DNA of 64,000 nt from Trichosphaerium sp. ATCC 40318 (taxonomy: Eukaryota > Protista > Tubulinea): contig JALMLS010000277.1 of assembly GCA_038496445.1 (NCBI GenBank), positions 124,001 through 188,000 of the forward strand, in the 5' to 3' direction. The notes under the pieces were generated by a model, which was not told where the DNA came from, made no database searches, and worked only from the letters and a program-made list of their open reading frames with translations. Both the position numbers and the translations under genes were made by a program. Shown one piece after another: positions 1 to 13,656 of the stretch (position 1 is its first letter; the number at the start of each line of letters is the position of its first letter).

Positions 1-685
1 TGTAGAAGAGTTTATCATTCCTACTCTTGAACAACCGGACACAAAATTGCGGAGCAAAGTAAGTTGTTTTGTAAACGATAATTTTTAAAGCTTACTTCTA
101 TTTCAGGCTGAGAAAGTCTTTGGGAAACTCTATTCATTGAGGATGATGCGTGATATATTCACTTCGTGGGTTGTTAAATCTGATCGAGAATTCGTACACT
201 ATATTGCCGAGGAACTTCGAAAATACGGCGCAATCGAAGATGGTAGCCTTGGTATTTTTTAATTGATTTTTTTCTGACTGCTTATTCCTTTATAGATGGT
301 AGTACAGAGCTAGAATTGGATCCTGACCTAGACTACTATATCGATGACGTATGTATACACCAATATTATCTTTTAGTTATCTCTAAACACAGAATTCTAT
401 TCTTCTTTTATTCCCATTTTTTTTTTGATGAGAAAAGCAAAAAACTCAAAACCGATTTTAGAATGGTAAGACCCAGGAAAGTCATAATTATTCTCACTGG
501 TGGGATGTCGTTGAGATTATCAAGGTACTCAAACAGTTTCTTGCTGTAATGACAATAAGCCGTGGCCTTTTGATGCTTTTGAAACGTTACTCACATTTTG
601 AGTTGTTTAGGCGGGAGAGGACTTGGCACGCAGTTGGGGAGAGTCAAAGTTACAGAACAAACAAAAACAAACTAATAAAAAGTGA
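1..685 (+). CDS. 3' part of a multi-exon gene, hypothetical protein
   Basis: GT-AG introns join an open frame ending ...HWWDVVEIIK|AGEDLARSWGESKLQNKQKQTNKK*. No family recognised. Confidence 0.5.
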
Positions 686-916
686 GACTTATTTCACAAA
701 AAAAGCAGAATTGCACTTTTCGTTACCGGCCAGAGCGGTTGTAAAGTTAGTCACCGCCTTGAGTGTACAATGTCTTCTCTTCCATGACTAGTGGCTAATA
801 CCTAGGTTGTTAATCGCTTGCTACATGTGGAACTGGGGTTTGTTTGAAGTCCGGACTGGAAATGTATTGACCGACGTACGAAGCCAAACTTTTGGTAAGA
901 GTCCTGAACCAACAAC

Positions 917-2716
917 ATGCGCTTGTTAATTTGTCTCTCGTTGGTAGTACTATGTATTGCCACAAAAGTTACCTATGAAGGTCATTCTGTACTCCAATTT
1001 GTATCTACCCAATCCCAATTAGATAATCTCGTAAAGGTACTAGTATAAAAACTAAAGTATTGTGACCGTTAATATCAAGTTTCCATAGAAAGTTCCTGGT
1101 TTTGACTTATGGAAACAAAGAAAGCACGTGGACGCTTGGAAAATAGATGCAATGATGCCTAGAGAGTATATAAGTGAGTTGGAAGCTATGAACATGAATT
1201 ATACCGTAATTACTGAAGGTACGGCAGAAACGAAAGAAAGACAAGTCAAAAGTACTTTTTTTTGTTAAAACCAATGTTTTTAGATGTACAGAAGCTCATT
1301 GACGACTATGCCAACGCTCCACCTTCTAAACTTAATAAAGTTGATCCTTTCTTTGATGATTTCCGTACAACTGAGCAAACGTCAGCGTACATGGATGAAC
1401 TCGTTAAGAAATATCCAAATTTATTGACTAGAGTTAACGTTGGCACAACTTTTGAAGGTATGACGCAGCAGCGGCTATCACGTTTCGGAAGTTGACAGGA
1501 AATTTTCAGGTAGAGCCATAGATGGACTTCAACTCAGATATGGAACCTCTGTGAAACCAAAGGCAATGTATTTTCAGGTAACTTTCACACGTGAACAAAA
1601 AAATTTGTTCTTTTTGTTCTTAATTTAGTAAAGGCTATGGCACACGCACGTGAATGGTTGACAATGCCAACTGCTTTATATATTCTTACAAAGATGCTTC
1701 AAGACTATACCGATGGTGATCAAGAAATTGTTCGCCTTGTGGAGAACCTTGATTGGCACATGTACGCTCATTATGGTTTTATTCATAATTTCTTTGTTCG
1801 TTACAAACTGTTTTTCTCATTTGTGTTAACTAGTGTACCTTTGGTTAATGTTGATGGCTACACATACACATGGACAAATAGCCGTTTATGGCGTAAGAAT
1901 AGAAGACGTAATAGTGGTGGTAGTTTTGGAGTTGACCTTAACAGAAACTATGGCGTAAGCTGCTCTCCACAGTGTTTTATTTCTTATTTTTCCCAAGCCA
2001 AATCCGCCATGGTGTAGTTCTGGAAGTAGCACGGTATGTTTACTTCTTAATTACCATCCTAAGAATAATATTTAGAACCCAAGCAGTGATACATATTGTG
2101 GTACAGGACCTTTTAGCGAACCAGAAGACCAGGCTGTCCGCGATTACGTTGCACAATATCCGCAAATCAAGGTATTAAAAAGAAGATTTGCTTGCAAGAC
2201 TAACTGACGTTATACAAGGCTGGTATTGACTTCCATACTTATGGAGCGCTGTTATTGTTCCCTTTTCAATATACATACGATAGAGTAAACCCTGATGATT
2301 ATGCTTTATTCACTTCAGTACGTGTTGTAAAAAAATATGGTTCTTTGTTTTTTTGTTTGCTCATGTGTTATTTTTAGCTTGGAGGAGAAATAGAATCGAC
2401 AATAAATGGTGTTCACAACCAACGATACAGGAACCAACAAGGATCTGCTCTTTACCCTCACGCTGGAGGATTTATTGATTACAATTACTTAGAAACAGAT
2501 ATGCTTACATGGACTGTACGTTGTAACGTGAACTTTTTCGTAAAGGAAATCTGTTCTGTTTTTTTATCTAATTCTTCTTGTTGTTGAGTTATTTTGTAGG
2601 TTGAGCTTCGTGGTTCTGGATTTGTTGTTGGTAAAGAAAACATAATTCTTAGTGGTGAAGAGAACTACGCTGGTATGAAAGTACTTGCCAAGTATGTACT
2701 AGACGAACGTGAATAA
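917..2716 (+). CDS. Secreted zinc carboxypeptidase, peptidase M14A, with propeptide
   Basis: Signal peptide MRLLICLSLVVLCIA; motifs HAREW, NVDGY, RLWRKNRR, GVDLNRNY, GPFSEPE, IDFHTYG and the catalytic ELR, across GT-AG introns. Confidence 0.93.
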
Positions 2717-3203
2717 ACGCATGAGATCAGCATAGTTATTTTAAGGTTGTTTTTGCTTATGGCAATTAAGTAACCTCTTTCAACAAGCTGTTTTTGCCAC
2801 CAGTGGTTAAATGACGTCGTTAAGGAAGTTCTATTGATTGCGTTTAATCAACAAATATATCCATGAGAGTGGTGTAATGTAGAATACCTTGGTTTGTACC
2901 TTTACTACAAGGCGGAATACAACCTGAACTTGTTTGTACGTTCCTGGTCAGCGTTGCTGCCACTTCGATATCACGTGTACAAAAAGACAAACACTTATGT
3001 TTTTCAACCAATGAAGTTTATACGATCGTTACGCTTCCGTTCAACGCACTAGATGAATTTTGAAAGCTAATTAGACTTGAAGTTGAGTTCACTGAAAAAT
3101 TGGAAAATAAGTAAGTTCACGTGTTAACCAATACACATGAGGTTCACGCGGTTTATCAGAACTAAAAGAACGCCGATAAGAACCATAATTCAAAACAACC
3201 TCA

Positions 3204-3761
3204 ATGGCAACATACACTAAACACGGAACATACAACAAAAAAAGAACTGAACAAGAATGGGGTTTAAAGCAATCTCCTCCGACAAGTTTGATGCTACTCT
3301 TTTTTAAGACATTACTTTGTTGTGCAAATACAGAAGGGAAACTTTCTGATGAATATCGCCAGAGAGCCATAAGCATTGCTGTTCGTACAGCTCCGTTGAC
3401 AGGTAACAATACGCCTATTACAGAAATGTTAAACTTACTTTGCTAGACGCTGACATTTCTGTTCTTGAACAGTACGAAGCCAATGATAAGCTAGCAGATA
3501 TGGTTAAACAACTACCTGTCTATGAAGGAAAGAAGCCTTTCAAATCATTATTGTATTTCGCAATACAGATAGCCCATTCCGATGGCAAGTTTATAGCATA
3601 TATTTGGTTAAAATAACTTTCTTAATTTAGAAGAAAAGGCAGCTATATCCAATGTAGCCTCACTTATTGGTGTAGATCCTGAAGATATACCTAAAGTCAA
3701 AGCTTTGGTAGCTGAAGAAGCAGCGTTTATTCAAAAACGCTTACAAGTGTTGCACAGTTAA
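3204..3761 (+). CDS. TerB-like (tellurite-resistance/DjlA-type) helical protein
   Basis: Spliced product has two TerB-like half-motifs (LLCCANTEGKLSDEYR; LLYFAIQIAHSD-EEKAAISNVASLIGV). Second intron 3585-3630 is GC-AG. Confidence 0.6.
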
Positions 3762-3962
3762 ACAAAACTAGAACCCTCTAATCCACTCCTTCTTAAGAAA
3801 ACCGTACTCGATTGGGAGGAAGAAGTCAAAACCTTAATGGCTTCAGCGCATAACGGCCGTTATTTTTGTGAAAAAATAGCCAAAATAAAGCTTCATGTTT
3901 TTGTGACCAACTTAATTGCTTGAATAAGTTAAGGTTGTTCTTCATTTTTCACCACTTCAAAC

Positions 3963-4893
3963 ATGCAAGACGCTGGTACTAATATGTGTAAAATGGACTT
4001 CATTGCACTCCCAGTCGAAATAATTGTTCATATTCTCAAACAGGGCACCTTTACACTCCAATCAGCCCAAACATGCCGTTTCATGCGAGATATTGTACAT
4101 AGCCATGTTGGATACAATCTCATCACAGTTTCAAGCCAAACTGTATTATGCATGCTTTCTGGCAGCCCTTTACTTCATAATACACGACTTTCCCTACTAG
4201 GTGTGCGAAATAGTGTAGACGATAATCAATTGCGCTTACTCCAAGGTGTACACTCAATAGACTTGATGAACTGTGAAGGAATAACAGATACAGGTATAAA
4301 AGCATTGGCTGGAGTACATTCCATCAATCTATCTGATACGTGTATAAGCGGCGAATGTCTCAGTTAGTTGTCTGGTGTTCACACTATTGACTTACATGGT
4401 TGCAGAGTAACAGACAAAAGCATCAAGGAATTATCTGGGGTACACAACATCAATTTATCATACACAAAAGTGTGTGATGAAGGTCTAAGCGCATTGGCTG
4501 GGGTGCACACTATAGCCTTGATTGGTTGCAGAATGATAACAGATACAGGTCTCAAGAAATTAGCTGGCGTACACACTATTGATTTGAGCGAGTGTGGAGG
4601 AATAACAGATGAAGGTATAAAAGCGTTGGCTGGTGCACATACAATCAATTTATCATGCACAAATGTGACAGATGAAGGTGTCACTTGCTGGTGTTCACAC
4701 AATTTATCTTCGGAATACGAGAGTAACTGATGAAGGTGTCAAAGCGCTTGCTGGAGTCCATTTTATTGATCTTGCGTACACTACAGTTACAGATGAAACA
4801 TTAAAAGCACTTGCAGGTGTTCATACTATTAAGATTGCTCATTCTTCATATAACTGGAACAATAAAAACCGTATCTACACTCTGTACACTTGA
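3963..4893 (+). pseudogene. Intronless F-box/LRR pseudogene, paralog of 42702-43736
   Basis: F-box-like DFIALPVEIIVHIL and LAGVHTIxLxxC..ITDEG repeats. In-frame TAG at 4365-4367 and a frameshifting deletion near 4682. Confidence 0.85.
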
Positions 4894-5255
4894 ATCATTG
4901 TATGATATCTTCTACTAGTGCAGAGGCAAACAAACACCAAAAAATGTCGCAACTTATTCTGTTGTATGACATCTGCATTGAATATTGTAGAAATTGTTTT
5001 TGCATTTTTTTTTGTTCTTATGTACCTCACAGAGTCGTACGACTTTGGGTACACCTACGAAAAAATAAGAAAATAGTAGGAAACCGTGCAAACGATATAA
5101 ACCAGCATTTTCATTTATTCCACAAAATTTTCCATGGCATGTGGCACATTGCTTATTATAAAAGTGTTATTTTCACTAGTCATTCGAAAATTCGCTTTTT
5201 TTCAAATCCTCCCTCATCACAAAACCGCACGTAATAAGCATCTCTTGTTGGTGTA

Positions 5256-5623
5256 ATGGATTACAACTCAAATCCTTCATACAGAAGCACTTCACAGTTC
5301 ACAAAACCTAATGCGTGCCCTAGTACCAGTTTTTGCGCTTCTTGCGGCGCAAGGGGGTGCCTTGGATGTATTGCGTGCCAACACCGCCAATGTACCGCGT
5401 GTAAAACGACATTCTGCCCAAAACACATTGTAGAATGTAATATATGCTCTTCATTCTTCTGCGGGCGTCATGGTATGCTTCTATGTTATTTTTACGCTAT
5501 TTTACAGGCTTAAACCTGAAAATGAATGAAAACACTTTTACTAACGTTTTATTAGTGAAGTGCCACATCGAAGTGACTCACTTTGCATTCTCTGGGATGA
5601 TGGACGCCTTGAGCGATATTTAA
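5256..5623 (+). CDS. Small cysteine-rich, probably zinc-binding protein
   Basis: CxxC..CxxC..CxxC..CxxH..CxxC..CxxH pattern. One GT-AG intron gives the C-terminus VKCHIEVTHFAFSGMMDALSDI*. Confidence 0.6.
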
Positions 5624-5646
5624 GAAGTTTTTTCAAACCACGTGCT

Positions 5647-7540
5647 TTAACTTAACAATTGTATTTCCGTTTGGTTTTGCTCTTCGCTCGATTTGTGCAT
5701 GCAGTGTAGTCTACACAGGTCGTACAGAAATACTGTGGCGTGTCAGTAACGTCAGTACTATAGGCTCTCGATCGCACCTAATGCAATGACGCTAAGGCTT
5801 ATAATCAATGTACCACCAATGGCCAATAAAAGTAGTTTTTTTACTTCTATACTTTATTTAGATTCTACTTTTTTTATGGAGTTTTTCTTACCTATCACAT
5901 CCACCTGTTGTTTTTCGAGTACTTTGGGTGCTCTTGCATAACATTTTCTCGATCCCCTATGGCTATTAGGTATACATGAAAAACCACGTTAAGTACGCAG
6001 GGGCGAAATATCCACTCGGGCACAGTGTACACTTGTGGTTTACCATCAACGGACCAAATGTATCTAGAAAGCTTGTTGGTGGGTACTTGAAAGATAAAGC
6101 ATACCTTGAGGGCATATTGAGCACATGCTATCGTTCGTTAGTCTATATCCTACACCACAGTAAAAGCAATTCATGAGAAGATTAAAAAACCCCTTGTGTG
6201 GATCGTTACATTTGGCTATTATGAACAGGTCAGTTTGTGTTCAACAACATTAAAGTACCTATTGCACTAGGTGGTATTACTTGATTGTCTAATATGAGTT
6301 GGAATTTTTCTGGAGGAGGGTAGTAGTCATCGAGAAAAGTAATTAAAGCAAATCCATTCCTATGTAGAGTTTCCTACAACAGATTTAGAAAGTAATGTAG
6401 TTTTTTACTTACATTAACAAACTCTAACGTGTTATTTCTCAATGTTAAAGTTACTTTGTATCCAAGCTGAGGGAATATTGTAATTAGACTCAGTCGTTTG
6501 TATGTGAAAAATAAAGTTGAGTCTTCTATTAGGCAATTTAATGGATGTGAAACAGGATCCAAATATACTTCTAGAAAAATCCTTGATGAAAGTACCGTCA
6601 CAGTATGCGAACTTGGACAGAGGGCTCTAACTGTACTGTTAATTATTGTTATATGTCGCACTAAGAAAAATGTTATCTGCCAACAAACAAACAAAGGACA
6701 GACGTTTCGCGCCTCCACAAAGCCCTTTCTTCATTAGGGTGTTGCTGATAAATAAGTCGAACAATTTTGCATCTTCGAAAAAAGGAGAGACTTCGCTGTC
6801 ACTGATGTTCACAAGACCTGGTTTCGAAAACCCATTTAAAGACAATTCTGGTGAGGTAACGTTCTTCAAAAGGATCTGAGTGTAACATTGTTCATGTGAT
6901 ACGCGCATTATATGCTGTGGGTTCATAGAAATATTGACACCTATTTCTCATTGTAAACTTTTCAAAAAGGTAGTTTGAAATGCACCTTCCAGTGTCAAGT
7001 TAAACAGACTGCCTCTAACTGCATGACTCTAGCAACTGATTTATTGACAAGCGCTTGTTAATCACTACGTACTACTTCACTTAAAACAGGACGATATACT
7101 TGTGAAGGGTGCCAATAAGAAGCTTTAAGATGCAAACTTTCAAAGTTCCACTCAATCATTTCATTGCTGATATTATGACTTCCTTTTCGAACAATCCGTA
7201 CTGTCTTAGTTGAGCGAAAATAACCTTGTACCTACCTCCAATACATACAACAGGGTGATCATATGCATTACGAGCAATTGCTTGAGTTAAAGTCTTGAAT
7301 GGTCTGTCAATCGAACCGGTACCCTGAAGGAAATAATTAGCATCCTGGCATTCAACTACAGTTACGTTATCATCCCCGAAGTGCGCTACATATACTGTGC
7401 AGCCTATGGTTGATGTTTGAAAAACTGTACATGTGCTACATTACAAGCGTACTCTGTCCCCTCGAAGGCGTCAGATACGATAGTTGAATGAGAAGCGTCA
7501 AAATGAGAAATCTGGTATTACCAAATGCCACGCGCCACAT
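5647..7540 (-). CDS. Type I membrane protein: signal peptide, DUF1565-like N-terminus, Cys-rich repeats, TM helix
   Basis: MWRVAFGNTRFLILTLLIQL signal; VYVAHFGDDN..GTGSIDRPFKTLTQA motif; CSICPQG and CTLCPSGYF Cys repeats; TM LLAIGGTLIISLSVIALVFLY. Confidence 0.65.
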
Positions 7541-7621
7541 TCTTTAAATGATACTAATAGCATGACTTAAATTGCTGTGTAGTTAAGCTAGAAAGCGTAT
7601 TTGAACTCTCCGCCTGTCGCA

Positions 7622-10600
7622 ATGAAGAAAATACGAAAGGACATACCAATAGAGCGCGTTGAAAAGTTCCTGAGCAAAGATTACTTTAATGACGTTAACC
7701 TCTTTTCAAAGATATACCCGTACGTGATTGCTAAATACAGCTGTGTTATTTCTAATGGATAATCAGCAAAAAGGACGCTTCGGCAGTAAAACTTTCCAGT
7801 TGGTCACCAAAAGAGGTTCTCCCTAACTTCACAGACAAAGTAAAGTACGAAGACGCAATAAAACAAACATTTAAACCCGCTGCTGTTGGCGACAAATTCG
7901 GCCCGTCCTGGTCTACGCACTGGTTTAAAGGTACGCTAATATCGTATCTCAACGTTAAAACAAACAATTAACCCTCAAATCACAAAAACTGATCAAAAGT
8001 ACTAAATCTTCATCTAGTACAAGTCGTTGTACCTAAAGAGTGGTCTGGTAATGAAGTACATTTCCTGTGGGATACAACCTGTGAAGGGCTATTATGGCGC
8101 AACGGAGAACCGATACAGGCTTTTACAGGCGGCGATGGCGTAGACAGACGTGCTGAGTACATTCTAACAAAGAACGCAAAAGGTGGGGACGAGTTTAGCT
8201 TTGAAATAGAAATGGCATGCAACCAAATGTTCGGTAACGCTGATAGTACGTATAAAAACGAATTTTTACAAGTTCAACCATTTTTGAAGGCAAAAAAAAA
8301 GTTCAAATGACCAAATGTCACTTTTATTTCACTGAACTCATTTTTATTGTTTTTACAGATGGAATCAATCCACCTGATGAAAACAAGTATTACACTATAA
8401 AGACTGCAGAAGTAAGATTATTTAATCGTGATGCTTGGGATTTATACTGGGATTTTGTTGTAATTACAAACATGGCTAAGGTACGTCTTTGTTTTTTTTG
8501 GTGTTTTTTGCTCCAACAAAAAATGAACTTTTATCAAACAACACGGCATTCTAATGAATCCATCATATCACCTAGTTCTTTCTCATTGTTTTCGGTTAAA
8601 AGTGGTTCTCTGACCGGTCTTTGTAGCATATTTCTGATGATAGTCCACGTTCTTGGCAAGCTGTCCATACTATAACGGAAATGACTAATACATGTTACAC
8701 TGATGATCCTTCTACATGGGTAGAAACGCGTGCTATTGCAAAGAAATTCCTTAGTGATACTAATGGAAGCGGACAACATGATATAAGCGCCATTGGCCAT
8801 TGTCATATTGATACAGCTTGGTTGTGGCCTTACAGCGAAACTAGAAGGAAGTGCTGCCGCAGGTATGCCTATACTCACTTGAACGTAGCACTTACATTGT
8901 ACACAGTTGGGCAACTCAGTTGCTCTATATGGATCAGTACCCAGAGTACAAATTTGCTTGTTCACAAGCTCAACAATACGCGTATGTTGTGAAGTAAAAG
9001 TACTTGTGTTAATGTTTTTTTTTCGTTTAGGTGGGTGAAGGAGAACTACCCTCAGTTGTACAAACGTATTCTAGAAAAGATAAAAACTGGTCAGTTTGTA
9101 CCTACAGGTGGTACTTGGGTCGAAATGGATTGTAACGTACCATCTGGTGAAGCGTTGATCAGACAATTTCTAATCGGTCAAAACTTTTTCAAAGAAGAGT
9201 TCGGAGCTTATGCTACTGAATTCTGGTTACCTGATACCTTTGGTTATGCTTTTCAAGTACTTATTATTTTACTGTGTTATTTCATTACTTATAGTTCCAT
9301 AGCTCCCTCAGATAATACGTGGAGCAGGCATTGAGTATTTTCTTACTCAGAAATTATCTTGGAACTTGATAAATAAATTCCCTCATAGTACTTTTGTTTG
9401 GGAAGGTTTAGATGGATCACGTGTACATTTTTTTAAATCGTTAACGACTTTTTTATATCTAATGGTTTATTTTAGGTGCTTACACATTTCCCACCAGCTG
9501 ATACGTATAATGCACATGTTACAGTTGAGCAATCTCTTTTTGAAGTCAAAAATTTTAAAAACAAAGATGCATCCAAAGACTCACTCATGGTTTTTGGACA
9601 CGGTGACGGAGGTGGTATGTATTGTTATAAATTTACTGTTTTAATCGCATGATATAGGCGGTCCTCAAATGGAAATGCTTGAACGTATGAGAAGACTAAA
9701 GGATGTCGATGGTTTACCGCGAATTGAACCTCGTTCACCAAAACAGTTTTTCGATCGTGTCAAGAAACAGATTGACGACTTGCCTGTGTGGATAGGAGAA
9801 TTGTATTTTGAGCTTCATAGAGGTACATATACTACTCATGGATATGTAAAGGTACGTTAAAGAAACGAAGCATCTGCAGTGCTTAAACAAACAAAAATAG
9901 TGGGCGAATAGAAAGTGTGAGTTTTTGCTCCGAGAAATAGAGATTTTCTCGTCTCTTGGCTTATTACTAAACGACAAATGTTCATATCCTTCTGAGGATT
10001 TAGGTACACCCTTAGATATTTCGAGTAGTTCTTTGCAAATAACTTAACATATTTTATTAGACAAGTTATGGAAGTTAGTATTGCTGTGCGTTATTTTTAG
10101 CTCATGTTGCGTTTGGTAGTTTTCTCACTTATTTAGTAACCAATTTCATGATGTGTTACCTGGTACTTCTATAGAACATGTATACACAGATGTAAGAGAG
10201 CATTATAAGCACGTTTTGGACCGCGGAAATGCTGTATTGAGTGGATCTCTGGCCTCCCTCGCAGCCGAAAAATCGTATGCGATTTTGTTATTTGTATAGG
10301 TTCTACTGACACGCCATGCGTTTAGTGAAGGTGTCACTGTTTCCAATACTCTTTCATGGGATAGGAAAGAGGTAATAGAGTGTCCGTCACTATCTGATGC
10401 TGTCCAGAAATCAAGAACAGGCACCAGCCTAGGTACAATATTCGGAATCTTTTCTGAAAATAGCTTACAGTTTATAGCTATCGTTTCTGCTTGTGGTATG
10501 GGTTTCACTGCTCAAAAAGATGTCGATCAAACTCCAAAGGCATCTATTTGTATTGAAGGGGATCTTGTAACGATGGAAAACAGTATTCTAAAAGCAACAT

Positions 10601-12087
10601 TTGACACAAGCGGTTTACTCAAAAGGCACTACAAAAAAAACTTTTCGAAATCTGTCTTTGTTCTAAATCTTTTGCTATAGCCTTCTTCATAAACCTACTG
10701 GTCATGAAACAATAGAGCAAGGGAAGAGTGGTAACCAATTCGTTATTTTTGAAGATATACCTTTCTTCTGGGACGCATGGTAAGCGCTCGTTTTGTTCGG
10801 TTTTTTAGTTGGATTTTGTACTTACAAAAATTAAGGGATGTCATGATTTATCATTTGAAAAAGCGTAAGACTGTTCCATGTTCCGTAAAGGCAAAGATTG
10901 TAGAGTCTGGACCTCTTCGTGTCGCATTCGAAGTATCCTATAAAATAAGTGAAAAGAGTTTCATCAAACAAGTCATCTCAATGGTAAACCTCTTTTTTGT
11001 TTCATTCAACGAAAAAAAAATCATCCTTTGGATACTAACATCTCTCCTTTTATGATTAGACTGCAATTTCTGAGCTTGTCACATTCGAGAATGAAGTTGA
11101 ATGGCACGAAAATAGAAAATTCTTAAAAGGTACGCACCTTTCGTTGCAGCTTTATTGTTGTCTACAGACTACTGAGTTTTATATTTTAGTGGAATTCCCA
11201 ACGAATGTAAGATCAGATTACGCTACTTATTCGATTCAATACGGTCAAATTGCTCGACCAACACGTGGAAACACTTCATGGGATATCGCAAAATTCGAGG
11301 TTTGTGGACACCACTGGGCGAATATCCAAGAATGTACGATACTTTTCTTATGCTATTACTGTTCTTTATCATTGATTGTGGTTTTTTACATAGATGGATT
11401 CGGTGTTGCACTGCTTAATGACTCTAAATGTACGCGGTTGGTTTTTTTTTGGTGTTTTTTTTCTTGAAGGTTTTTTTCTGAATTTAAACATTAGATGGTT
11501 ATGGTGTTGCTAATTCTTTGATGCGTCTATCACTCCTAAGAGCACCAAAAGCGCCTGATGCAAATGCAGATATGGGACACCATTCTTTCAAATACGCTCT
11601 GATGCCTCATAACGTAAGAACTTTATGTCCGAAAGATATTTTTTTGGAAGGAAAAATTGACGATTGGGTGTTAATTTTTATGGTTTTAGGGCAACCTCAA
11701 TGATGCTGGCGTAATTCAACGTGGTTATGATTTTAACGTACCATTGAGAACTGTACCAAGTGTCAAGACAGAAGGATCCATGTTCAAGGTTGATAAAACA
11801 AACGTGATCATTGAAGCCGTGAAAAAAGCCGAGAAATCAAACGATATTATCGTCCGTTTGTGGGAAGCTTTTGGTGGACGTGGACAAGTTACTTTATCCT
11901 CTCCACTCGATGTGCGTTTGTTATGTACTTAAAAGGCTTATAATATTTGTTCAAGGTCAAGAAAGTGGTCACCGTGAACATGATCGAAAACGAAACTTCA
12001 GACAGCAAAAGTTTAACTTGGACGAAGGAAGGTTGTGTCTTGTCATTCAAGCCTTTCGAAATCATTACCTTAAGGTTATCCATGTAA
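7622..12087 (+). CDS. MAN2C1: Cytosolic/vacuolar alpha-mannosidase, GH38 (MAN2C1/Ams1 type)
   Basis: [95 protein letters not shown]; about 20 introns. Confidence 0.96.
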
Positions 12088-12226
12088 AGCAGCAAGGTAA
12101 TGTAATTATTTCCATCTTCTAAAAAGAAATAACAAATCACGTGACATAACAAACAAATGACGAAAACATGACGCAACAAAAAAAAAAAAAAGTTGAGCCA
12201 GGCAGCTTCTAATGAAATAAAATATT

Positions 12227-13393
12227 TTACAATATCATGCAATCTGATCCCTTCTTTCGCCCTTTTTTAGGATCCCTCGCTATAAGGAATAAGTAATTGC
12301 GATAACATTTTTTCGCCTCAACGAAAAAAAAAAAACCAGTGAAGTCGAAAAAACGTTTTTAACGTACTCTTCTCTATGGAATATACACATTCAAAAAATG
12401 CTTCTTCTACATTTGTACCATTCTTCGCTGATGCTTCCACATAAGTAGCCCTTATTGTAGTATTAGTGTTAAGCTCTTATTTGGCGCTTCACATCTCAGT
12501 CAAATTCTGTACAAAAACCTGCTCGCATTTGGTAATAAAATAGCATTTCGAGTCACGTGAAAAAAAAGTGATTTGAGACGCCTGTACTTTTTTTGAATGT
12601 TTTTGTTCAGCTTACCCTATTTTTCTTGCGAGGCGCTGTGCGTCTGATTTTGACACTTTTCTAGACTCTGTTAAATCACACTTGTTTCCAACTAACGAGC
12701 AGCAAAACTTGTCACAATCCTTGGACCTAAGTGTAGTGAGGAAAATGTGTACTTCCAAAGAACGCTATTTTTATTACCTTGTTATCCTTTCTATGTGCTT
12801 GTTTAGATCCTTAAACGTCTCTTTTTTAGTCAGATCAAACACTAATACAAACCCTTCGCCAATACGAAGATACTCGTGATCTTGCAAAGCGGAGTACCTT
12901 CAAAATAAAAAAAACTTCAGTTAGTTATTTTTCTCGCTGTTTTTGAATACATACTCATCTTGTCCTGCAGTGTCGACTGAAAGAAAAAATATTTAGCGGA
13001 TAATTACGAATAAATCATACAATGACTTAAATGAAAGCGTACCTATATCTAAAACAACAGTTTGGCCATTTATATCAACTTGCTTCCTAAAGGAAAAAAA
13101 AAAAAATTGGCACGTGTGATAAAAAAACAAAATCGCGTCATTGTTATCGCATACGTACCGAAAGGAGTCTTCAATTGTAGGGTCTAGTAAAGCAAGCGAT
13201 CCGTTAGTTTTTCATGCGATCACATTACTCTAAGCGTACCATAAGTGTCAACAAAGGTGCCTTGTATCAAATTGATTGTAATTGCGCTTTTACCAACTCC
13301 TTTTTGGTAAAATTAGAAAATTATATCATCAAACACATCCTCGTGTCGCTTACCCGCAGCGCCTACCATTACCAATTTATACGAGGTAGTCAT
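12227..13393 (-). CDS. Ras-family small GTPase
   Basis: YKLVMVGAAGVGKSA, YDPTIEDSF, DTAGQ, GNKCD, EASAK and C-terminal CaaX CMIL. Confidence 0.92.
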
Positions 13394-13656
13394 TTATCCT
13401 TCACTACCCAGTGGTATCAACTACTGCATGCGATTTTTGAAACGTGTTAAGTAAGGAAATTCTGGAAGTTAAGAATTTGTTTTCGGAAATAACCAATCAG
13501 GCTTGCTTCCAATTAACTGGATGTAAAGTTTGAAATAGTTTCATAGCACCTATACCGATGGAGGTACGCCTTTAATTTAAGAACCGGCTACTTATAAGAG
13601 TAGGTAAACTAGAACACAAAGACCGAAACGCAGCGTAACGTTTTTTTTTTGTACAT

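Noticed and set aside
4379-4702. Antisense ORFs over the LRR genes (also 42914-43198 and 43391-43681)
   Set aside because: Shadow frames of repetitive sense-strand coding sequence.
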